A stretch of 64,000 nt of DNA from Camelus dromedarius (lineage: Eukaryota): positions 44,704,001-44,768,000 of the forward strand of contig NC_087447.1 of assembly GCF_036321535.1 (NCBI RefSeq), read 5' to 3'. The notes under the pieces were generated by a model. That model was not told the DNA's origin, searched no databases, and worked only from the letters and a program-made list of their open reading frames with translations. Below, one piece after another: positions 54,003 to 64,000 of the stretch (position 1 is the first letter of the stretch; each line of letters starts with the position of its first letter). The position numbers and the translations under genes are program-made.

Positions 54003-55269
54003 AGTAGAACTGAATATGGCTCTGGTAAGAGTGTATGGGACTAACAGAATTTATGAAGTTTGGCATTTTAATGAAACTTTCACATAACTCTTGGTGACTA
54101 TGTTCATCCACATCTGTGTTACAAAAAAAAGTTTTCCAGTTTCTAAGCCATGGAGGGCAATACAGTGAGGAATGATTGGTCAAAACAGGGTTTTGAGTTA
54201 AAGCACTATGAAATTCATTCAACAAATATTGAGTATTTACTATGTGCCAAGCACCTTTTGCCATATTAGAAATAGAGAAATGAGCAAAATGCAGTCCTTA
54301 CTTTCTGAGAACAAACTCTCAGGAATATAATCAGGAAGGCTGGCATACTTCCTCTGAACGTATTATGAGATAAACCTGCACAATGGCCAAACCTTCCTAG
54401 CACCAGTTTGGCGAGGACACCCGGGAACCCAGCAGCAAGCTCTTCTCATGGTACATCCTACTATTTTTCTAATCTTGATTGCACATCCTATGAGAAAAAA
54501 GTTGGACATTTAACCTCAATACATGTATATTTACACATTATATGCATGTACTAATATATTAAACACAACAAAAATAGAAATTAAGAGAGGCTGTCCTGAG
54601 TAAGCCCTGAGACGTGTGCATCTAACTTTGGAGATGGCTAATACATCCCAGGTCAGTTCATGGGTGATGTGGTAATGGCCTGCTGGAAGAATGCAAAGGA
54701 TACCTGTGCAGCTCAGGCCACCCGCGTCTTCACACACCTATTTGACCACAATATGTGCCCTCCTGGGTCTTTATGATGTGCTTGACTGTGTGGGGTTCCC
54801 TCCTTGAGGAAAATTTGACCCCGTCTACCTGCCATCTAGACACAAGCATGAAGCTTCCCATGGCTCTAATTTAAACACGTTTATGAAACCCTATGTGGCA
54901 GTGTTCCAGCACTATCTCGTTCTCATGAGAGTCAGACTATGAGGGTCTTGAATTTGTACATCTCCCCTGAAGTATGCTTTTGGGGTGTACACAGCCTTTT
55001 AAGAGGAGACAGGACAGTGTCTGCCAGAAAGTCCCAGGCTATTTCAAACAGAAGAACAGAAAAAACACCAAGGGGCTTCTGAACAGGGATGCCACCATAA
55101 AGCTTCTAGAAAGTTCCTGGGCTAGGTTCTTTGGAAGGCCACCAAACCAGGCTGCCTCAAAAGTCTCTTTGACACTGCTGTCTGAAGGTCTCTAAGGCCC
55201 TCTGTGGCCAAGGCACAAACTCAGGGCACACATCAGCCACTGAATGGTGGTTTAGCTCCAAGTAGACAT

Positions 55270-56050
55270 TACAAGATAATTTTCAAAAGCAGGTTAAAAT
55301 CATGACTCTTATACAGATATAAGAATGAGTACATGTTGAAGATTTTATTTAACGCATTCATGAGGAAACAAGTGAAGTTTTACAACCAGGTCAAAGGAGA
55401 TTACCAAGAACAGACAAAGTTAGAGGTCAGAGATATTAAAATAAATGCACAAATAGAGCAAACATTGCTTATTTTGTTTGTTTCTCCCCTGAAGGGAATT
55501 TGTGTGTCTATGGACAAGAATTATTTGGCATTGCTGTCAGCTAGCTACAATTCACAGAGTCAGACAACCCAGGTGTGTTTTTGGATGATAACACCTAATT
55601 TTCTACTTAAGCACATTTTTTTTTATCCTTACAGTTTCTCCACTTTTGATCAAAAAGAGTCTCAAAGACACCTGATCACAAAACGAACCTGGCCTTATTA
55701 GATCTGGCCTGATTATTTACATAGGTACAGCAAGAATATTAATTTACCACAAAGTCCTTCATTAAGTTTGTTCTGCTGGAGATTTTTGTAAGGAATCTCA
55801 GGCTGGACTTCTAGAGGCCTCTATTACTTGCTGTCCTGAGGCTGGGAAGCCACATCCAAGAAACCCTACCCACCAGATTTCATCTGTAGTACCTATGCAT
55901 TTGGGGTGAGTTCCTATCTTCTCAAAGTCCTCAAGACACCTCTAGGCTCCTGGCCAGTCATGGAAGTCATCTCCCTTACCAGCTGGACCCTAGAAGCCAG
56001 GTACCATGAGGGCTTTTCCAGTACTGTCTCCATAAAGTCAACTCACTCCA
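55270..56050 (-). mobile_element. ERV1 internal fragment (MER4-group-like)
   Basis: ctggcctgattatttacataggtacagcaagaat...taaggaatctcag...ccataaagtcaac resembles remembered MER4-group internal sequence. Confidence 0.65.
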
Positions 56051-56325
56051 TAAAGTCTCCATAAAGTGCCTGAAAGTGACTGGTCAGGCACCAGCAACAG
56101 TTCCCCCAGGTGGGCAGGGAGCCTCTTCCCTTGTCCCTGCCGTCATGTCTACCTATAGGGGCTGGGTGATGAGGCCGCTGCTGGTATGGGCAGCCTGTCC
56201 TCTGTAAAGCAGCTGCCTGGAGGCTGCAGAAACCAAAGACCATGAACTTGAAGCAGCTGGGAGTCAGAGGGCGTGATTCTCTCCCTCCTCTTCCAGAGTG
56301 CCCCGCTACTTGCTCCTGCTTATCT

Positions 56326-57473
56326 GAAACCATTTCCAAAAAGTATAAAAGGAGCCCAGATCAGTTGTCCACAGTGCTCCTGATTGGAAATGATTTGATA
56401 AAGTCCCTCCCAGAGAGAAACTTCAGAAAATCCAAAAAACCATTCAGCAGGAAAACAAAGCATCAACAGGAGGACCTATAAATCACCGCTTCAGTCTTTG
56501 AGACAGAAGAATTTTGAATTTGAGCCACCTTCTACCACCACTCTGATTCTTGAGGATGGGCCATCATATGATTGATGATTGCTTTTGGGTCCTGTTGAGA
56601 TCTTTGCCTACTCCAAGAAAATTTTCCTGCCAAATCTGTGGAAGAAGATTTAACCTCACTGACAAGAACATGAGACCTTTGAGCTGAATCTTAAAATTGA
56701 GGAATTAAAGCAGTATATTAAAAAAAATTACGAAGAAAATATTGCAAATGCAATGGTAATTTGAGCCAGTGAAATACTGCCCAACTGGGAAGTAATTCAT
56801 TGTAGGAAAAAGGTGAAGCTTGGAGTCTAGCTGTAGTAAGTGGACTAAATATTGCTCCTGAACTTTATGCAGTATTCCTCCCGAGAGGAAAGAAATCGTG
56901 GGAAAGCTTCAATGAAACAAGTTCTCTCTAAACATAACATTCTCTATGATACAGAATTTGTATCTTTTAATGGTCCAGGTGCTGGTCTAGAATTAAGCTG
57001 GACATATCCTATGTCTTTCTGTCTCTCTACATCTTTCAGAAGGATAGTCTGTATCAAAATGTCTTCTACAGGAGCATATTCATGTTACTGATCCAATGTT
57101 GGTCATGTCCAAGGGATGTCCTTCATTGCGGCAGTGTGCACTCTCAACTTGGAAGACGCAGGTGCCCTCACTGCATTTGGAAATCTCATGAGTAAGCCAT
57201 CCCAGTTGGCCTTTTTCCGTGTAGACTGCTGTAAGATGTTGAAATATTTTGGAACGTTTGAAGTATTCTTTGAGGAAAATCTCTTTAACTTTTTCTTCAT
57301 ATCAAGTAGTCTTATGGTCTCACACTAGACATACACATGATAGGCTGGACCTTAATACAGTATCAGCAATCACTATTCTGTTTGGTCCAGCCTGTCCAGT
57401 CTGAGATGCATTTGGCAGAGATGGGAGGAATTTTTATTTAGAACTGAGATAGGAATCCTCCAGTTATATGAAG
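56326..57473 (+). pseudogene. TBC1D12: Processed pseudogene of TBC1D12 (Rab-GAP TBC domain)
   Basis: Intronless, frameshifted translation follows TBC1D12: SVVHSAP.WK...[98 protein letters not shown] and MLKYF favour TBC1D12 over TBC1D14. Confidence 0.9.
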
Positions 57474-58942
57474 CTGGCAGGGGCATGCTGGGACTGGCTG
57501 CTGGAGATCGGTGACGAGCCCGGGCACAGGGCTGGGGCCCACTGCACAGAAGCAGCCTCAGGGGATTGGAGGGCAGTGTGAGGTCTGGCTGGAGGCTGTG
57601 TATGGAACAGAACAGCCTGGGACTCCCATAAAAAAGCACCACTGCTGGTGTGCATGGGTGTGGAGGAGTGCAACACAGTTGTGTCATCGCTGCTGTCTCT
57701 CCTTGGCGCCATTGTTGGTGTGTTCTCGCGAGAAGAGATGTGGGGCTCCGTCACAGCCATCACTACCGCGCGGAGGTGGGGCTAAAAGCTGAATCCATAC
57801 CCAGTGGCCCTGCAACTTCACAGGCAGGACTGAGATTTGTTTACAGCCCCAAGCAGAGAGGGTGGATTTGCTGTCTCTGGACCCTTTGTGGACCCGCGCC
57901 TCTGGGACGAACAGGCAGTGAGTGGAGTTCTGGCACACAGCGGGGGTGAGTACGGGTATTTACAACAGGCCTGTGTACCGTATGCGGAAGCAGGCCGGGG
58001 TCTGCGCTGACCCTGTGGTGCACCACAGATTCAGGCGTGTGGCTGCAAGCTCGCTGCTCGGTATGGTGGGCCCTAGCACTTGACGATGAACAGATAAGCA
58101 AAAACTAAAAGAATTCAGCAATACTAAACCTATCCTAAAAGATATTTTGAAAGTTCTACTTTAAATAGAAAAGAAGCAGGATGCTATAGAAGGGAGAAAA
58201 CTGTAACTGGAAAGGCAATAAATACAATGAGTTGCAAGAGAATAAACATGAAGATGTTAAAAAAAAAAAGATATCAAAATCGTAAAAGGTGGGAGAGGAG
58301 GGCAAGAAAATATAGATCTTTTTCTCTCCTTTTTCTTTTTTGTTTTCATTTTTGTTTTTTTTCTTCATTCTTTTTAAGATGTGTTTGAGTCTACATGAAT
58401 ACTAATCTAAAGCAAATATAGTAAGGGGTTAAGATACTTGAAAAACAGGGTAACCACAAATCAGAAGCATATAATAGAGTCACAAAACCCAAAAAGAAAC
58501 CAAGCTAATACAAAAGAAAACTATCAAACCAGAAAATACCATATGATATCACTTATATGTGGAATCTAAAAAAAAAAAAAAAAAGACAAATGAACTTGTT
58601 TACAGGGCAGAAACAGACTCACAGACACAGAAAACAAACTTATGGTTACCAGTGGGGGAAGAGGGTGGGAAGGGATAAATTGGGAGCTTGAGATTTGCAG
58701 ATACTAACTAATAAAAATAAAATATATAAACAATAAGTTAATACTGTATAGCACAGGGAACTATATTCAGTATCTTGTAGTAACTTAAAACGGTGAAGAA
58801 GAATATGAGAACGAATGTATGTATATTCATATATGACTGAAGCATTGTGCTGTACATCAGAAACTAACACAACATTGTAAACAGATTATACCTCAATAAT
58901 TATACACACACACACACCCCAAACAACAACAACAACAACAAA
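57474..58942 (+). mobile_element. Internally deleted L1 / HAL1-like element
   Basis: GC-rich 5'UTR-like block, ORF1p C-terminus TDKQKLKEFSNTKPILKDILKVLL* (58090-58164), spacer, then L1 3'UTR from about 58535 and a (CA)/(CAA) tail. Confidence 0.7.
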
Positions 58943-59601
58943 GGTTGAGATGCAGATGTCACTCTCTCTCCTGGAAAGATAAGGTCCTACTGGAACTATC
59001 TGTAATCCAGTCACTCCCAGGCTCCACTTTATTGCTCTGGTATATGTTTACCACCCTTCCCCAAACCCAAACATTCCACAGCTTTTATTCAATCAGACCA
59101 GGCACTCCTACCTAGCACTCACCACCTAGGCTACACATGGGGAAGAAAAATAGCCTTTCTCCCATGCTTCAGAGACCCTGATGTGAAAAACTAAAGGTTA
59201 AAAAAATTTTTTTAAACTTTGTTTAAAAGCTCCCCAATTTTTTTCCAATGTAAAAAGAAAACATCCAGAGATCTAAAAGCTTTGCCTTAAACTTCTTTCA
59301 ACAAGAAAAACAACAGGCTTCCTCTACTTCTCTGTAAAAATTCTTTTTGACTCAGAGTCATGGTGAATTGCCCCATCTCATTTCTAAACGGTTAAAAAAA
59401 AGATATTCTCATAAAAATATACTGTAATAAACTGTTAATAAGGACAGAAAGAAAAAAAAAAAAGGCAGTCTGTCACTTATATGTCTAAAATAATGCTCAA
59501 AAAAAGGTAGAGGTTCTTCCTCCTCCGAGGACTTTAAAATGAAACTTTGTGGGTGTATAGTGTAGCTAGAAAGCAGGACATGATGTTAAAATGGGCTCTG
59601 T

Positions 59602-59815
59602 AGGAACCGGGCCACCGCCCTCTCTTTGAACTTTCGTGGTTAGCTTGGGAACTGTCCTGATGCCTGTGGGTGTGTCATTCACCAGGCTAGTACATTACAA
59701 TGTGCACAATGAAGCTCAAGGTCCACTGGAGGTTGAATCTCCCACCATCGTGGGCCTCAGGGTCTATTGGGAATTAACTTTTCTGGCTGTGTCCTGCCCC
59801 CTCCCTCCTGTTTCA
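59602..59815 (-). mobile_element. Truncated LTR related to the 11399/15235 family
   Basis: gggccaccgccc...tgaagctcaaggtccactggaggttgaatc...cctgtttca. Confidence 0.7.
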
Positions 59816-62139
59816 CCTTGATGCAGCTGAGGCCCAAAAGCAAGGGGAAAAAAAACAACAACAAACAGTAAGTAGTAGGTGGCCTTACTTCAAAGCGGAT
59901 TTTGAGCTCACCTTCGTAGGCTAGGCAAGGAGGAGCTAGTTGGAGATAGTTTTGTGGCCCTTAGATTAACACCCACCCTTCAACCCCTCAAGGTTGGAGG
60001 TCAAAGAAGTTGAAGATACTTTGGAAAAAATGGTTGAAGCCTTGTGGATTTCCCTCCCACCTCCTTCCATTACAGGAGACTGAGCCCCTCCTCATCTCAA
60101 ATCTCGCGAGAAGGAGCTTTGAACTGTCAGTGGGAAAACCATGTCCCTTTGAACTGAGAGGACCAAAGCAACTGTGTCTGACCCATGCTGGAGAGGATTA
60201 AAGGCCAAAGCTGTGGCTGGAGTTGGGTGCTAGGATGAGGAGGAATGCATAAACCACTAAATACAGAACAGCAGAGCATGCTTCTCCTGGAACTGATCGG
60301 GGAAGGGAGAGCATGACCTTGAGAGTTGTTTCCAAGGAGCCCCTGCCTAAGTGGGCTTGCGGCTAGAGGCTGCTAGGCAACAGGAGCTTGGAATCAAACG
60401 CAGAAGCCAGTGGAGCACGTGGCCAGCACGGGTCATGTTGTAGTCCAGTGTTTTCAATGGAGCCATTTCCAAGGGCCCTACCAAAGCGCCCCGAGAGAGG
60501 AGCTCGTAGTGAATGCCCATCAAAATCCTGGACCACCACCACCAGGTGGGATTCCCCTAAAGGGAATTCCCTTAAAGTGAGTTCCCCTAAAGTAAGGCCC
60601 TTCCTCCCCTCACACTTCCCTCCTCCCACCTTCACCCCCAAGTCTGTTGAACCCAAGCCCTAGAGGGAGTAGGTCTGGAGGAGTACAAGCATTAAGTGGG
60701 AAAACAAAGAAGACGGCTGTGCGGACCCTGCCCCCTGGGCCCCTACTTCCCTCTCCTTACTTCAGGCTTCCAGCCTGAATGAACCTGGGCTGGGGAAGCA
60801 GAGAAAGGAGAAATATTTGTCTTAAATTTCAGAGTTTTAACTATTATATGTGCTGGACATTTTAATGACTGAAACTACTGTTTTATGACTAAAATTGGTG
60901 GGAGGACTTGGGTATTTTTCTATGAGTGTCTGGAAAAGCTATAGGGACGCACCTGAGATTTCATTCAGGGCAAAGAAAGGAACTAGCCCCTGAACACAGG
61001 GAGGAGGAAAAAAGTTGCTTTAGGAGCACACCCAATGAAATGTCACCTTTTTAACATAACGGCTGTACACATTTCCTCCAAAGAAGGCAGCCTCTTTCCC
61101 ACCCTCTAGTAAGCCAACCGATATCCTCCTAAAATGGGACTCTACAGGACTTTGAAAATTTCCATTCCCAGGCTATCCTAGCCAGAAAAAGACCCTGCAG
61201 GCTCTGAGAAACAGGTCAACTGCAAAGAACACAGCAGCCAAGCAGGAAAATAATAGGAACACTTCACCTTTTTTTGAGGGTTTTCTAGCATTGGCTTCTT
61301 ATATTGAGTATTCTGTGGGATTCATCAGTCAGAAAGTTTTAGAGCTGAGGGATTTTTTTTTTTTTAATCAGAGGAGGAAAAAAGAAATCAGTGGTGGTTC
61401 ATTCAGCTGGTCAAAACCCTGGAGAAATCAAACCACAAGGAAGATGCAATGAATTCTAAAAAACTCACTCACAAGGCAGTTGTTTGTATTTTGTGCAATT
61501 TCCATCCCAGGAAGTAAGCCAAAGAACCTTCCTGTGAATTCTGCAGACCCTCCACCTTACAGTGACAGGTGAACACCAGCGAGGGCCCTTGTCAACCTCT
61601 CTGCTGAGAGCAATAATGTACTCAAACCGATCTTTGATGTAAGTTATAGGCTGAGGAGAGAATTACCTTCAAGGACCCTGTACATGGACAATTTCAATGT
61701 AAGTAGTGCTGTTTATTTCTCAGCACAGCAAATGTGTGTATTTGTTAACTAACAAAGTAGGTGCATCATAATAATTTCTCCTCCATAATATATTGAAATA
61801 TCTTAAATAGAAAGTATTTTGTAGTTACAGGTGCAGATAATTTCAACATTCCTTCAAAATCTACCATTTATCTCTTTATGATAACCTATCATACTGGGTT
61901 GGGTTATTATATTTTTTATCAATATTAGTGAGTCTACAGTGAACTGACATAAGGCGGCTTGCATAGAATCCCTGCAGAACTGCTATGGGAGACTCTATGG
62001 GCTGACTAGCTCAGCCGCCAAGGAATGCCTGTACAGTCAGCAGCATATGCAAAAAGGGGGAAATGGAGCTCTGGGGGCTAAAAATGAACTTGGATATAAA
62101 TAACTCGAGTGGGAGAATTCAAAAATTCTGTCCCATTTA

Positions 62140-62270
62140 ACAGAATTTCTCAAACCTTCATGTGTATAGTCATTACCTGGGGATCTTGTTAACACACAGG
62201 TTCTGACTGAGAAGGTCTGGGGATGGACCTGAGATTCTTCATTTCTAACAACCTCTCAGAGGATGCTGAA
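62140..62270. mobile_element. MER5A-like MITE
   Basis: ttctcaaac...tacctggggatcttgttaa...aggtctgggg...catttctaaca. Confidence 0.7.
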
Positions 62271-62405
62271 TCACGCGTTAAGAAGGGAATACACTGAAAA
62301 ATAGATAGTAAAGAAGGAAAAATGGAATGAAGGTGGAATGGAGGATTGTAAGTTCAATACTCTCCCCAGGTCCTGTTCTAGGACCACTTCCAGGGAAGGC
62401 CTTTT

Positions 62406-62711
62406 ATTTATTTATTTTTTAAAGATTATTTAAAATTTAAAAAATTATTTATTTATTTATTTTACTTTTTTTAAAATTGAGTTAATAGTCATTTTACAAT
62501 GTTGTGTCAATTTCCAGTGTAGAGCACAATTTTTCAGTTATACATGAACATATATTCATTGTCACATTCTTTTTTGCTGTGAGCTACCACAAGATCTTGC
62601 ATATATTTCCCTGTGCTATACAGTATAATCTTGTTTATCTATTCTGCATATGCCTGTCAGTATCTACAAATTTCAAACTCCCAGTCTGTCTCTTCCCACC
62701 CCCTCTCCCCT
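62406..62711 (-). mobile_element. L1 3' end
   Basis: Antisense L1 3'UTR with T-rich tail, TSD aggcctttt. Confidence 0.8.
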
Positions 62712-64000
62712 GGGGAGGCCTTTTAGATTCTTTAGCAACTAAATCTCCTTAGAGGAGTCCACTGCAGAATCCCCTTATGAGAACTGTACTGTCTTACTCA
62801 TATTAAGTCTGTGGCACAGAGTCAGGGGTAGGGTGTCCTCCCCACAATTGGAGGGAAGCATCATGGCTCCTGGGAAGTGAAATCCTGGCAGCAGAAGACA
62901 GCGGTGTCCTGGGGCAGGGGAAGTGCTCCAGTGAAGAAAACAAGGGCAAGAGCCACATGGGAGCTCATGGAGCGCATGCATGGGATGTCACTGGTGATCC
63001 CCACAATTACATTTCTGGCCAGGAGGGTTCTCAGGGGCATGATGAGAGGCAGAGAAATATGTGACTGCCAAAGAACCAGATGTGTGCTCCCCAAGAGCCA
63101 GTGCTGTGGTACCCAGAGAAGCAGGAACCTCCTGCAGAGAAGGTAACACAGCATCACCCCATCGTGGAAGGAGGCACTTGCCTTTTGGCTTTTCCTTCTT
63201 TCCTGACACTAGAGGGGAAAACTGTAAGAGGGAAGGTGTGGGAGGTATCTGAGAGCCAGTCTTTGTCTCTTTCTCTTCTTCTCTCTACTCCAATAATACA
63301 TATTAAATTTTTTGAATCTTTTTTGTTTTGGTGAATTTGCATGTTTGCAAACTTTGCCCAATTTTCTGCTGTATTTCCTTATTGACTTGTAAGATCTTTT
63401 ACATATAGTAATAAAGTGAGGATTTATTTTGTAAGATTTATTTATATATATGTATTAATACAATGAGAACTTTCTTATGGAAAAAAAACCCAATAGCTTG
63501 AATCTTGGAGGTGATTAGTTATTGGCAGCGGCAATAATGGCAGCAAACAGTTTATCAGTCACTGTTTTCCTGGTAACTGTTAGACGCTTTACAGAGATTC
63601 TTTCATAATCCTCCTCCCAAAGCTATGAGGTCAGAACTCTTACCATTTCAGTTTTATAGGAAAAGGAAACTGAGATTTGAACAGTGTAGACAATTTATTG
63701 AATGAACCACAGCTAGTGAATACTGTCATCAGGATTTGAACCCGAGCACATGCTCTGAAGGAGAAAACAGGAAAGGCGTTAGGGTCTTGAGGATGCAGAG
63801 GATCTTGGAGAAGGGCGTGTGCCAAGACCTCAGGTTAACAGTTATTAAGGCCACAACCCCTTTCTCTCCCTCTTTTTTAAGAGAAATCTTAATGGTGAAA
63901 GATTGCTCTGGGCTAGGTACCAAGCCAAGAGTGGTGAGGGAAACAGACTGGGGTCATGGAGTGTACTGTGTGAAGGAAGTGAGCCACAAACATGAATAAG

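Larger units (their letters stand above)
50795..54680 (-). pseudogene. Putative decayed dystrophin-family (DRP2/dystrotelin-like) gene: WW, EF-hand, ZZ and coiled-coil relics
   Basis: Minus-strand segments with canonical splice signals (54487-54302, 53503-53340, 51832-51727, 51633-51554, 51507-51393, from 50850) translate to family-like motifs in the correct order; stops and frameshifts present; individual matches are weak. Confidence 0.5.

Overview
Mammalian genomic DNA, very likely camelid (inferred from abundant tRNA-Ala(AGC)-derived Vic-1-like SINEs). The only intact protein-coding gene is the two-exon CAVIN3 (PRKCDBP; + strand, 42373-42756 joined to 43325-43726, 261 aa) in a CpG island. 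Upstream, 11 ERV solo LTRs are packed into about 15 kb, including an inverted pair with a patchy identity pattern suggesting gene conversion. Two related modules also lie upstream, each a degenerate ~29-bp repeat array followed by a same-orientation CTCF motif. Downstream are a decayed TBC1D12 processed pseudogene with an extra 52-nt exon-like insert and an internally deleted L1/HAL1-like element. The most interesting candidate is a series of minus-strand, splice-site-bounded segments at 50.8-54.7 kb whose translations follow the WW, EF-hand, ZZ, coiled-coil order of the dystrophin/DRP2/dystrotelin family, possibly the relic of a lost paralog. All protein and repeat comparisons are by eye against remembered sequences; the dystrophin-family call in particular needs a profile search.
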